DNA of 54,251 nucleotides from Candidatus Eiseniibacteriota bacterium. Lineage in GTDB: Bacteria; Eisenbacteria; RBG-16-71-46. The stretch is taken from assembly GCA_039917105.1 (NCBI GenBank), contig JBDSKE010000003.1, positions 1 through 54,251 of the forward strand. Direction: 5' to 3'. Of the stretch, positions 44,973 to 54,184 are shown one piece after another. How positions within the stretch are numbered: position 1 is the stretch's first letter; each line of letters opens with the position of its first letter. The notes beneath the pieces are model-generated. The model saw nothing but the letters and a program-made list of their open reading frames with translations, did not search any database and was not told where the DNA came from. The position numbers and the translations under genes were made by a program.

Positions 44973-45545
44973 ATGTCGACCCACACGCAGGCCCGAGTGC
45001 CGGAGTTGATCCGCCGTCTCGACGAGGCGATGACTCCGCGCGATGACGCCGGCCGATGTCGCGCCGTGAAGCAGGTGCTCATCGACTTCCTCAAGGTCGG
45101 CGCCGATTTCCTCGATCCGCTCTTTCTGGTACCCACGCCCGAGCGCTACGCGCGCCGCTTGATTCATCGGGATCCTGCAAACCGGTACACCGCGATCGCC
45201 ATGGTATGGGACAAGGGCCAGGGCACCTCGTTACATGACCACGCAGGCATCTGGTGTGTGGAATGCGTGTACCAGGGCCGTATCCGCGTGCAGAGCTACT
45301 CGCTGCGGGGCGGCGACCCCGAACGGGACATCGTCAAGTTCGAACCCGAGACACTCATCCACGCAGGGGTGGGCGAAGCGGGCGCATTGATCCCACCCTT
45401 CGAGTACCACGTCCTGGAGAATGCGCTCGACACTCCGGCCGTGACCATCCACATCTATGGCGGCGAGATGGACCACTGCCATGTGTTCGTGCCCGCCGAG
45501 GACGGATTCCTGCGCCAATACCGCGAGCTCAGCTACACGGCGTGA
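44973..45545 (+). CDS. Cysteine dioxygenase type I family cupin (CDO / 3-mercaptopropionate dioxygenase-like)
   Basis: 190 aa. GQGTSLHDHAGIWCVECVYQG (HxH cupin motif) and a downstream PFEYHVLEN histidine. YARRLIHRDPANRYTAIAMVWD is typical of bacterial CDO homologues. Confidence 0.75.
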   Translation: MSTHTQARVPELIRRLDEAMTPRDDAGRCRAVKQVLIDFLKVGADFLDPLFLVPTPERYARRLIHRDPANRYTAIAMVWDKGQGTSLHDHAGIWCVECVYQGRIRVQSYSLRGGDPERDIVKFEPETLIHAGVGEAGALIPPFEYHVLENALDTPAVTIHIYGGEMDHCHVFVPAEDGFLRQYRELSYTA

Positions 45546-46537
45546 AGCGACTCATCGAGGCCGCTCCCGGCGTCGCGCTCGCGGCGTTGTTGGCCACGGC
45601 GGCGTTCCTTCTGGCCCGGCTCCCATTCGTCAAGGACACGCTGCACGTCTCCGCACTCCTGCTCGTGATCCTGTTGGGCATGGCGTGGCGGTCGATGCTG
45701 CCGGTGCCGGCCGCTGCGCTGCCCGGCATCCGCACGGCGCAGCGCCCCATCCTGCGCTGGGCTGTTGCGGGCCTCGGACTCAAGTTGTCACTGGGCGAGA
45801 TCCTGCGAATCGGAGGTCCCGCGCTGGCAGTGGTGGTCATCTCAACGATCGCCACGCTCGGATTCGGCATCTGGGTGGCCCGGCGGCTCGGGATGGGCGA
45901 GAAGTCCAGCATCCTGCTCGCGGTGGGCAGTTCGATCTGCGGCGCCTCAGCCGTGGTCGCCGCGGACAGCGTGGTCCAGGGCGAGAAACAGGATTCGGCC
46001 ATCGCGCTGGGAGTGATCACGCTGCTGGGTACCATCGGCATCGTGATCTATCCGCTCCTGGGACGCTCACTCGGCATGGACGATTTCCTGTACGGCTTGT
46101 GGGATGGGGCCAGCCTGCACGAGATGGCACAGGTCGTGGCCGCCGGCGCGGGGTTCAGCAAGCGCGCGGTCGAGGTCGCAACGGTCGTCAAGCTCACGCG
46201 CATCTGCCTGTTGGCGCCAATCGTGTTCGGCTTGGCATGGTCGCTCCGCCGCAAGGGCGCCACGGGCGACGCCAAGGTCAGCCTGGTGCCATGGTTCCTG
46301 GTGTTGTTCGTGGTGTTCGCGGCGATCAACTCGACCGCGCTGGCGCCCAAGCGCGTACTCGATGTGCTGAGGGACATCGACCTTTGGTTGCTCTGCGTTG
46401 GCATGGCGGGAGTCGGGCTTCAAACCGGGTTCCACGACTTGAAGCGCGCCGGGATCGCGCCCATCGCTGCCGGGGTTGTCCAATGGCTGTTCATCGCGGG
46501 ACTGTCCTACGCGTTGGCGGTGGCGCTGGTGCGATGA
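45542..46537 (+). CDS. yeiH: YeiH/UPF0324 family membrane protein (putative sulfate/sulfur-oxyanion exporter)
   Basis: GTG 45542 overlaps the CDO stop (GTGA). Multi-pass hydrophobic protein. GSSICGASAVVAADSV and WDGASLHEMAQVVAAG are typical of the family. Confidence 0.82.
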   Translation: MKRLIEAAPGVALAALLATAAFLLARLPFVKDTLHVSALLLVILLGMAWRSMLPVPAAALPGIRTAQRPILRWAVAGLGLKLSLGEILRIGGPALAVVVISTIATLGFGIWVARRLGMGEKSSILLAVGSSICGASAVVAADSVVQGEKQDSAIALGVITLLGTIGIVIYPLLGRSLGMDDFLYGLWDGASLHEMAQVVAAGAGFSKRAVEVATVVKLTRICLLAPIVFGLAWSLRRKGATGDAKVSLVPWFLVLFVVFAAINSTALAPKRVLDVLRDIDLWLLCVGMAGVGLQTGFHDLKRAGIAPIAAGVVQWLFIAGLSYALAVALVR

Positions 46538-46568
46538 TGCACCACCGGCTGCAAGCGGGCCGCTGCAA

Positions 46569-48005
46569 TCAGGCCGCCCGGAGCCCATCCCCGGCACTGG
46601 CGAGCGCAAAGCGAAGTGCATCAAGACAGTCGGAGTCGAACCCGACGCCGCGGTCGCGCTCCATCAGTTCCAGGACATGCTCCGTAGCCAGCGCATCGCG
46701 GTAGGGCCGGTTCGAACTGAGCGCGTCATACACATCGGCCACCGACAGCACCCGCGCCAGCGCGGGAACATCCTCACCGGCGATGCCCCGGCAGTAGCCG
46801 CGGCCATCGAGCCTCTCGTGATGCGCGCCGACCTCGAACGCGTGGCGTTCGAAACCCGAGACGTGCGCAAGGATCCGCTCGGTGTAATGCGCATGTTGGC
46901 GCATCACATGCCACTCGTTCTCGGTGAGCGCGCCAGGCTTGTCGAGGATGGTGTTGGGTACGCTCAACTTACCCAGGTCGTGCAACAAGCCGGCGCGGCG
47001 CGCATCGGCCACCTCGGTGGCGGTCCAGCCCAACTCGCGGGCAACATCACCAGCCAGATCGCCCACGCGCTTGGAATGCGATGCCGTGAACGGCGACTTC
47101 GCGTCCACCACGCGGGAGAACTGCAAGGCCACGCGGTCCAGCCCCTGTGGGCCCGCGAGCAAAGCTGCCCCGCCTGGCTCCGCATCGCCCATCCGGTCGC
47201 GCAGCGTGTGCGTGTCCATAGCGCACCACGCCACCAGGTGCGGCTCGATTCCCTCGCATGCGCGCACCAGAGTCGGGTCGAACCAGCGCCCGCTGCGCGA
47301 GCGCACGACCTCCACCGCGGCCTCGGCGCCATCGCGCACCGCGAACACCTCGAGTGAGCGCGCCAGGCTGAGCAGTCGCGAGAGCAGCGGGATGTCCTCA
47401 CCCGAGAGCCCGCGAGGCTGACCGCCGCCATCCCAATGCTCCTCGAGCGCTCGTACGCCTTCGCCCACCGCGCGACCCAGACCCATATCATTGGCGAGTT
47501 GGGCGCCGCGGTCGCAACGCGTTTCCACCAAGCGCATGGCTTCGCGAGGTGCGGCTCGCGCGAACTCGACGATGCGTCTGGCGCGGACGGGCCAGGGCTG
47601 ATCCGGGGCGGTGCGCGACAACAGGGTCAACCCCGCGCGCAGGAGGTCGCGCATGTCGACCCGCACGAGCGCCGCCTTGGTCGCGCGGTCATCGCTGCCG
47701 AACAGGCGGTAGACCTGCGAGGCATTGCTGGAGCAGCCCACATCCTTGACCATCGACGCGAAGTACAGGTCGCGTTGCACTCCGAGTGGAAGCCCGAGTC
47801 GCTCGGCGATCCAAAGGGCGATGAGCCCACTCCGCACCGAGTGCCCCATGGGCTGGCCCTCGGTGAGATCGAGCGCGAATGACAGCGCGGAGAGGACGTC
47901 GGAGAGATGCAGCGATTCCGGCGATCGAGGTCGGTCGTTCACAGGGCGGAGTATCGGCGCTCGCTGGCCGTTTATTGAGGGGGACTGCGCACTTCCCAGG
48001 AACAT
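46569..48005 (-). CDS. HD-GYP-type phosphohydrolase with an N-terminal degenerate HD-like domain
   Basis: ATG 48005 has GGAG 7 nt upstream. C-domain motifs GLLHDLGK, HHERLDGRGYCRGI (GYP is replaced by GYC) and ADVYDALSSNRPYR. The N-domain has MGHSVRS...MVKDVGCS, where HD is replaced by KD. Confidence 0.87.
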   Translation of the reverse strand: MFLGSAQSPSINGQRAPILRPVNDRPRSPESLHLSDVLSALSFALDLTEGQPMGHSVRSGLIALWIAERLGLPLGVQRDLYFASMVKDVGCSSNASQVYRLFGSDDRATKAALVRVDMRDLLRAGLTLLSRTAPDQPWPVRARRIVEFARAAPREAMRLVETRCDRGAQLANDMGLGRAVGEGVRALEEHWDGGGQPRGLSGEDIPLLSRLLSLARSLEVFAVRDGAEAAVEVVRSRSGRWFDPTLVRACEGIEPHLVAWCAMDTHTLRDRMGDAEPGGAALLAGPQGLDRVALQFSRVVDAKSPFTASHSKRVGDLAGDVARELGWTATEVADARRAGLLHDLGKLSVPNTILDKPGALTENEWHVMRQHAHYTERILAHVSGFERHAFEVGAHHERLDGRGYCRGIAGEDVPALARVLSVADVYDALSSNRPYRDALATEHVLELMERDRGVGFDSDCLDALRFALASAGDGLRAA

Positions 48006-48175
48006 TCCTGATCTCCCCGAGCGCGAACCCTTGGGGGCGTCCATGAGCAGCGGGCGGAATGCCCCACCCCGCCTTTTCCGGCCCATGACGCGCCCCGAGA
48101 GGGCGGATCGCGTTGGCCCCGCGCGTGCATGGCGCGCTACACTTGCAACCGCACTCACCCCAGCAGGAGTCCTCA

Positions 48176-50179
48176 ATGGCCCCCGAGCACCTCCGCAAGC
48201 GGACAGCATGGCTCGCTTCACTCATCGTTGTGCTCGCCTCGCTCGCCGCCCCGGCGCACGCGCTGCGCGTCACGACATGGAACCTTCTCGATTATCGCGA
48301 GGGCACTCTTGAGGCACGTCAGGTGCACTTCCGTAAGGTGATGGGTGCCATTGATACCGACGTGCTGGTGGTGCAGGAACTCAAGAGCGCTGCCGCGGCG
48401 GACTCGTTCCTGAACAACGTGCTCAGGGTGGCCCAGCCCACGCGCGTGTGGAAAGGCGGAGCCAGCACATTCCTGTCCACGACCGAAAGCTCGCTGTACT
48501 ACGATTCACTCAAAGTCACGCACACCAACCTCGGAGCAGTTGCCACGGGTGGCCCGCGTCAAGTGCTCGTGGCGCTCATCAAGCCGAATGGTTACCGCAC
48601 CGCCTCCTCGTGGTTCCGGCTCTACTCCGCGCACCTGAAAGCAGGTCAACCGGCCGTCACCGGTTCACCACCGGATTCGGCATTGCGTCGCACCGAATGC
48701 ACGAACCTGCGCAACACCCTCAACGCGGCCCCCGCGAACACGAACATCCTCTTGGGCGGCGACATGAACTTCTACGGTGACTTCGAAGGCGGCTACAGCC
48801 GCCTGACCGAGTCGCAGCTCGACAACGATGGTCGGCTCAAGGACCCGCTCACCATGCCCGGCACTTGGCAGAACCCGGGCTATGCGATCCACCACACCCA
48901 GTGCCCGTGCATCACCGGGGATTGCCCAGCGGGATTCGGATTCTCGGGTGGCGGGCTCGATGATCGCTTCGACATGCTGCTGGGCACCTACTCGCTCTCC
49001 GATGGTGCGGGTCTCGATGTGGTGCCCGGCGCCCTGCCGAACGGCTATGGCGCGTATGGGAACGATGGCTTCCACTACAATCAGAATATCGATGGAAGCG
49101 GCGTGAACTACGCGGTGCCCTTGGATGTGGCCAGCGCGCTGCATCAGGCGGCGGACCACATCCCCGTGGTCCTCACGCTGCAGCTGCCGCCGAAACTACA
49201 GGCAGCCTCGACGCTCCCCTTTGGCGACGTGATCGTGGGCGGGAGCGTCAGCCAATCTTTGGCGGTCAGCAACGTTGCGCCCGTGCCCGCCGACGAACTC
49301 GACTATTCGCTGAGCGCGCCCGCGGGATTCTCGGCGCCGGCGGGAGCATTCGTGGCGAACGCGGGAGCGCTCGCCACGCTGCAAACAATCGGCATGAGCA
49401 CCGCTGCGACAGGGGTCAAGTCCGGCACCCTCACGATCGCGAGCGACGACCCCGACACGCTCTCCAAGTCCGTGGCTTTGTCAGGCCGCGTCCTGGCGCA
49501 CGCGGTGGCCTCGCTCGATTCCATGAACGTGCTCACCAGCAGCACGCTCGACCTGGGGGACCACATCGCGGGCCAGTTCCCTGACTCGGCCGTCCGCGTT
49601 CACAACCTGGGCTACGTCGCGCTGCAGGCACGCTTGTCGTTGGAGGGCGCAGCCATCGTGGGCGGCGCGGGCCGCTTCTCGCTCATCGGAGGGTTCTCGA
49701 GCGCGCTGCTCGCGGGAACGGGACGCAGCCACACGGTACATTTCGAGGACAGCGGCGCGACGGCCGACTCGACCTACGAGGCCACGCTCACGTTCACGAG
49801 CAGCGACGAGCCCCTGCCGGGGGCGACCTCGGCGTCGCCGTTGGTCGTCACGCTCCGCGCCCGGCGCGCCAGCGGAGGCGTGGGAGTGGGCGAGAGTCCG
49901 TCGGCGCTGCGTTTTCTGCCCCCCAGCCCCAACCCCCTGCATCGCGGAACCCTGTTCGGGTTCTCATTGCCCCGCGCCGCCCAGGTCACGCTTGCCGTCC
50001 ACGACCTCACCGGCCGGCGCGTGAGCCTGGTGCAGGAGGGCGAGATGAGTGCAGGCGCACACTCGCTGCGCTGGAACGCCCAGGATCGCACGGGGCAGGC
50101 ACTGGCGGCGGGTTTGTACTTCGTCCGCTTCGCCACGCCGGGCCTGACCCGGGTCGAGCGCCTGGTGGTGCTGCCGTAA
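48176..50179 (+). CDS. Secreted endonuclease/exonuclease/phosphatase (EEP) family protein with choice-of-anchor-D-like repeats and a C-terminal FlgD-Ig/Por-tail-like domain
   Basis: AGGAG lies 6 nt upstream of ATG 48176. Signal peptide MAPEHLRKRTAWLASLIVVLASLAAPAHA. EEP motifs LRVTTWNLL, VLVVQELK, GGDMNF and DHIPV. C-terminal PSPNPLHRGTLFGFSLPRAAQVTLAVHDLTGRRVSL...AAGLYFVRF. Confidence 0.85.
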   Translation: MAPEHLRKRTAWLASLIVVLASLAAPAHALRVTTWNLLDYREGTLEARQVHFRKVMGAIDTDVLVVQELKSAAAADSFLNNVLRVAQPTRVWKGGASTFLSTTESSLYYDSLKVTHTNLGAVATGGPRQVLVALIKPNGYRTASSWFRLYSAHLKAGQPAVTGSPPDSALRRTECTNLRNTLNAAPANTNILLGGDMNFYGDFEGGYSRLTESQLDNDGRLKDPLTMPGTWQNPGYAIHHTQCPCITGDCPAGFGFSGGGLDDRFDMLLGTYSLSDGAGLDVVPGALPNGYGAYGNDGFHYNQNIDGSGVNYAVPLDVASALHQAADHIPVVLTLQLPPKLQAASTLPFGDVIVGGSVSQSLAVSNVAPVPADELDYSLSAPAGFSAPAGAFVANAGALATLQTIGMSTAATGVKSGTLTIASDDPDTLSKSVALSGRVLAHAVASLDSMNVLTSSTLDLGDHIAGQFPDSAVRVHNLGYVALQARLSLEGAAIVGGAGRFSLIGGFSSALLAGTGRSHTVHFEDSGATADSTYEATLTFTSSDEPLPGATSASPLVVTLRARRASGGVGVGESPSALRFLPPSPNPLHRGTLFGFSLPRAAQVTLAVHDLTGRRVSLVQEGEMSAGAHSLRWNAQDRTGQALAAGLYFVRFATPGLTRVERLVVLP

Positions 50180-50188
50180 GCTGGACCG

Positions 50189-50413
50189 TCACCCCCCGTC
50201 CTGCCGCAGGGGCGGCCCTTGGGCGGGGGACTCGTCATCTGCGAGCGCCCCGAACCCTTCGCAAGCCGTGACCGGCAGACGAGGGTATCGCGGATAGCGG
50301 GCATCGGTCCGCGATAGCCCACAGAGCCAGAAGTGGGTACGCGGCGTCGCCACCTGATGTGCGTTTGCACATCGTGAACACAGGCCAACGCGGGGATCAA
50401 GCGGGGGCTTCAT
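50189..50413 (-). CDS. Small Cys-containing hypothetical protein (possible zinc-ribbon-like)
   Basis: MKPPLDPRVGLCSRCANAHQVATPRTHFWLCGLSRTDARYPRYPRLPVTACEGF has four Cys in a CxxC...C...C arrangement. It resembles, from memory only, a conserved small protein family. The start is uncertain (ATG 50413, 50437 or 50467). Confidence 0.45.
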   Translation of the reverse strand: MKPPLDPRVGLCSRCANAHQVATPRTHFWLCGLSRTDARYPRYPRLPVTACEGFGALADDESPAQGPPLRQDGG

Positions 50414-50647
50414 GGCTCCTACGATACACCGTTGCATCGGAATCGAGCCGTAGCGGTGTCGGCGCACTCGACACTTTCTACAAGCTCGCGCATTCCGTTT
50501 ACTCCGGGAATACGAAGCAGGGTTGGGCTAAGGCATGCGCTGCATGGCCTTCCGCTTTGCTCATCGAACATGGCCCGGCCCTTGCACAGTAATACGGGTG
50601 ATCCCCACCCCCCTTGCCTCTTGTCCCTCAGAGGAGAGCATACAACC

Positions 50648-50926
50648 ATGAAGAAGCTACTCGCGCTACTCCTGTTCTGTGCGCTGGCCGCATCGCCGGC
50701 CCTCGCAGTCGATCTCGGTAATCAAGTGAACGATCCACATCGCTCGGGCGGAACCCTGCCTTCGGTGGATCCTTATGCGGGCCCTGGTATGGGTAGGAAT
50801 ACCCGGCCACACGACGAGCATGGTGAGACCCCGGTCGAGCCTGTGCCAGAACCCGGCACGATGGCGCTCGCTTCGATGGGCCTGATTGCGCTGGGCGCGG
50901 CCGCTCGCAAACGAATCGGTAAGTAA
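50648..50926 (+). CDS. Small PEP-CTERM sorting-domain protein
   Basis: Signal peptide MKKLLALLLFCALAASPALA. C-terminal VPEPGTMALASMGLIALGAAARKRIGK has the PEP motif, a TM helix and a basic tail. A strong terminator lies downstream. Confidence 0.75.
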   Translation: MKKLLALLLFCALAASPALAVDLGNQVNDPHRSGGTLPSVDPYAGPGMGRNTRPHDEHGETPVEPVPEPGTMALASMGLIALGAAARKRIGK

Positions 50927-51025
50927 AGAAAGTCACAAAGTATCAAGGGTCATCGGACTGGCGCGCTTGTCCCCACGGGCGTGTCGTCCGCACGCAGAGC
51001 CCACGCTCGGCTGACCCCCAGTGAG

Positions 51026-51067
51026 CCGGCGGAGAGATTCATCACTCTCCGCCGGTTCGACTTTTTT
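51026..51067 (+). terminator. Rho-independent terminator downstream of the PEP-CTERM gene
   Basis: ccggcggagag / 8-nt loop / ctctccgccgg forms a perfect 11-bp stem, followed by ttcgacTTTTTT. Confidence 0.8.
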
Positions 51068-51116
51068 GGGTAGACTCCTCGTTCATGCCCAATAACCTCC
51101 CGCCCACAGCGGTCAC

Positions 51117-53186
51117 ATGAGACCCCCGCGCCGCCCGCCGCCGTCCCGAGCCGCATCCAGTCCGCCGCAGGCGGAGGTGCTCCGCTCCAACCGCATCCCC
51201 GAGCTCGCCAGCTGGGGCGTGATCATCGTCTTCGCCTGTGTCGCCGCTTGGTTCGTGGCCGTCCCACACCGCGTGGGCGATGTCTTCACCGAGACCGATT
51301 TCTACGGCGCCTATGCTCAGGGCGCACGCTTGGTGCAGCAAGGGCACCTCGACCCGGCACGATATGCCGTGGTCGGACCGGGCTTCGAGCTGGCGTTGGC
51401 ACTGGTGGGCCTGGTGGTGCGCGACCTGTTCCTCGCCGCCGAGCTGATCTCGCTCGTCTCGATGGTGGCGATGCTGGCACTGTGGCGCACGACGCTCCGC
51501 CACTTGGGCGGCGCGGTGCTTTCGCTGGTCGCAGTCGCCTTGCTCGCCAGCAATGCCCAGGTGCTGCGCTACGGCTACGCCGTCACGACCGATGCGCTGG
51601 CCCTGGCCCTGCAGGCCGCGGCGCTGTGCGTGCTGCTCACGCGCGCGGGCTCGCGCGCCATGTTCCTGGCAGGCGTGCTGGCGGGGCTGGCATTCCTCAC
51701 CCGCTACACCCACGGCGTGCTGCTGGTGGCCGGGCCGGTCGCGATCATGGTGGGCTGGACCGCGGCGCCTCGCGAACACCGTGTGCGCGAGGCATTGCGC
51801 TTCGTTTCGGGGTTCCTGGTGCTGGTGGCGCCGTGGGTGGTGTACTCGCTGGCGCGCGGTGGGGGCGCCGGTATCCAATTGCACCACAACCTCGCCTACG
51901 ACGTGTTCGCGCGCGCAAAGGGAATCCCATGGGACACCTACCAGCGCGAGATGCAGTCGCAGTTCCCAACCCCATGGTCGGTGTTCGCGCGCAGCCCGAG
52001 CGCGGTCACCTCGCGGCTGCTGTTCAACATCTGGGACCATTTGCGGCTCGACGCCTTGAAGACCACCGGACTCGCCTTGGCGGTTTCCGCCGGGGCGGGC
52101 CTGGTGCTGGGCTGGCGGGAGGGAGCACTGCGTCGGCTTGCGCCCGTGTTGTTCACCTGCGGCCTCGCGTTCATGGCGCTCGTGCCGGCGTTCCACTCCG
52201 AGCGCTACTCCATGGTGCTCCTGCCCGCGTGGGTCGCCTTGGCAGGCGCAGCGTTCGCGCCGCTGGTACCCAGGCGCGGAGTGTTGCCTTGGCTGCGCGG
52301 GTGGCTCGCGCTGGTGCCAATCGCGCTTGGATCCATGGCCAGCGTGCGCGTCCAACAACGCGCCTTGTCGCAACTTCCCGTCGAAGTCCTGCCCGCGGCG
52401 CAGGCCGTGCAACCGTTCATCAAGCCGGGCGAGTATGTGCTCGCGCGCAAGCCCCACTTCGCGTACCACGCTGGCCTCAAGCCATTGGCGTTCCCGTTCG
52501 TGGACACGCTGCCCGAGCTGGCGGACTACGCACGCGCGCATGGCGTGCGTTGGCTGTACTTCTCGTGGCCTGAGGCCGAGATGCGCCCGAGCTTCCGTTA
52601 CCTGCTCGACACCACCTCGGCAGTGCCGGGCTTGACCGTGCGTGCCGTGACCACCCACAACCCCGCCGTGGTGTACGAGATCGGCCCCGGCTTTGGCGCC
52701 GAGCCCGCATGGGCGGGCAACGACACGCTGCGGGCGGTGCACGAAGCACGTGCGACCGCGGCGATCGACGATCGGGATGTGAACTCGCGCGTGCTGCTGA
52801 CGCTCTATGCGCGCCAGAATCAGCGCTGGAGCGAGGCACAACCGTATATCGAACAGGCCGTGCAGTTGCGCCCTGACGATCTGTTCGTGCTTGGTTTGCT
52901 GGCGGAGAACCTCACGCAACTCGGCAGGTACTCCGCGTCGGAGATGACCTGGCAGAAAGTGGCGGCGCGAACGCCGAACGATTCCCGCGTCGCCTTGGCC
53001 CGCGGCGGCAATGCCTTGTTGGACGGGCGTCCACAAGACGCGGCGCAGCTATGGAGGCCGGTGGTGTTTGCATGCGAGGACCCTGTTACATTGCGCCGCA
53101 TGCTCGAACTCTTCACTCAGGCCGAGGACCCCGCCGCCATCGCCGAGGTGCGCGCACGGATGACCGCCTTGGGCGTGCGCCCCTGA
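51117..53186 (+). CDS. Polytopic GT39/ArnT-PMT-like glycosyltransferase-fold membrane protein with C-terminal TPR repeats
   Basis: About 10 hydrophobic segments in the first ~400 aa. The first loop is VFTETDFYGAY. The soluble C-terminal region has TPR-like helices (LYARQNQRWSEAQPYIEQAVQLRPDD...). The antisense 664-aa ORF is rejected on composition. The family call is moderate. Confidence 0.7.
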   Translation: MRPPRRPPPSRAASSPPQAEVLRSNRIPELASWGVIIVFACVAAWFVAVPHRVGDVFTETDFYGAYAQGARLVQQGHLDPARYAVVGPGFELALALVGLVVRDLFLAAELISLVSMVAMLALWRTTLRHLGGAVLSLVAVALLASNAQVLRYGYAVTTDALALALQAAALCVLLTRAGSRAMFLAGVLAGLAFLTRYTHGVLLVAGPVAIMVGWTAAPREHRVREALRFVSGFLVLVAPWVVYSLARGGGAGIQLHHNLAYDVFARAKGIPWDTYQREMQSQFPTPWSVFARSPSAVTSRLLFNIWDHLRLDALKTTGLALAVSAGAGLVLGWREGALRRLAPVLFTCGLAFMALVPAFHSERYSMVLLPAWVALAGAAFAPLVPRRGVLPWLRGWLALVPIALGSMASVRVQQRALSQLPVEVLPAAQAVQPFIKPGEYVLARKPHFAYHAGLKPLAFPFVDTLPELADYARAHGVRWLYFSWPEAEMRPSFRYLLDTTSAVPGLTVRAVTTHNPAVVYEIGPGFGAEPAWAGNDTLRAVHEARATAAIDDRDVNSRVLLTLYARQNQRWSEAQPYIEQAVQLRPDDLFVLGLLAENLTQLGRYSASEMTWQKVAARTPNDSRVALARGGNALLDGRPQDAAQLWRPVVFACEDPVTLRRMLELFTQAEDPAAIAEVRARMTALGVRP

Positions 53187-54055
53187 TGCGACGATTGGTT
53201 GCGTCCGTTCTGGCCCTGATGCTTGGCGCCTGCGCCAGGAGCGGCATACATCCTGCCAATGCTCCAGGGATCGCTCCTCAGGCCCCGGCTGCCGATTCGA
53301 TCACCTCGGCGCTATGGCGCATGGACGAGGCCGGCACCACGCGTGTCGTCGACGCCGGGCCGTTCCGCCTGAGTGGGACTGCGGGTGTTGACACGCGCAC
53401 GGATTTCGGGCGTTACCGATCCTCACGCCTGTTCACCCGTAATCCCAATTCGTTCGTCCATGTGCCGTACAATCCCGCGCTCGAGTCCACGCGCGGCCTG
53501 ACGGTCGAGGCCTGGGTGAACGTGACCGAGTACGGCCTGTTCGAACTGGCACCGCTGGTCTCGCGCTGGAGTCCGGTGCCCAACGAACAGAGTTGGCTCC
53601 TGGGCATGGTCGGGCGCAAGCTGAACATCGCCACCGCCGGATACAACAGCCCGGGAATTTTCTCGTCATTGGTGACCGGCATGCCGCCGGGCCGACTCGT
53701 GTTCATGTTCCAGCCCGAGCAGGCGGCCGCGGCGGTGGCGTGGCCCTCCATCTCCACCATCCCGGCGAATCGGTGGGTGCACGTCGCGGCCACGCTCGAT
53801 GGCGAAGTCGTGAAGCTCTATGTGGACGGCCGGCTCGATGCCCAATACGCCACCGTGGGTCAGGTGCGTCGCAGCACGGCGCCGCTCATGATCGGCAACG
53901 TATTCGATGAGCGTCGGCTGACCGACTTTGGCGGCGACCTGCGCTGGGACCCGAGTCAGGACCAGAAACCTTACTACGCTTTCGTCGGCTCGATCGACGA
54001 GGTCCGTATCTCGAGCCTTGCGCGCACCGCGTTCGACTCCGCTCGCCCGCGCTGA
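53186..54055 (+). CDS. LamG/concanavalin-A-like lectin-fold lipoprotein
   Basis: ATG 53186 overlaps the upstream TGA by 1 nt (TGATG). Lipobox in MRRLVASVLALMLGAC. LamG_3-like core LTVEAWVNV...WVHVAATLDGEVVKLYVDGRL...IDEVRIS. Confidence 0.8.
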   Translation: MRRLVASVLALMLGACARSGIHPANAPGIAPQAPAADSITSALWRMDEAGTTRVVDAGPFRLSGTAGVDTRTDFGRYRSSRLFTRNPNSFVHVPYNPALESTRGLTVEAWVNVTEYGLFELAPLVSRWSPVPNEQSWLLGMVGRKLNIATAGYNSPGIFSSLVTGMPPGRLVFMFQPEQAAAAVAWPSISTIPANRWVHVAATLDGEVVKLYVDGRLDAQYATVGQVRRSTAPLMIGNVFDERRLTDFGGDLRWDPSQDQKPYYAFVGSIDEVRISSLARTAFDSARPR

Positions 54056-54184
54056 ACCCAGGAGCGCTGTCCACGCCGTCGCCGCCCCCGACCCCATCGT
54101 GCCTCTGGCGGCGGCCGGGGGCGGCGCGATAGCCTTTCGGCCGTGAACCCCGCTCCCGGCCACCGCCCCGCAGGACCTCCTCCC

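Noticed and set aside
51042-53036. 664-aa ORF on the minus strand, antisense to the GT39-like/TPR gene
   Set aside because: The translation is dominated by R/H/G/Q/A/P, with no hydrophobic core or recognisable motif. That is typical of an antisense frame in high-GC DNA. The plus-strand product has coherent TM segments and TPR helices.
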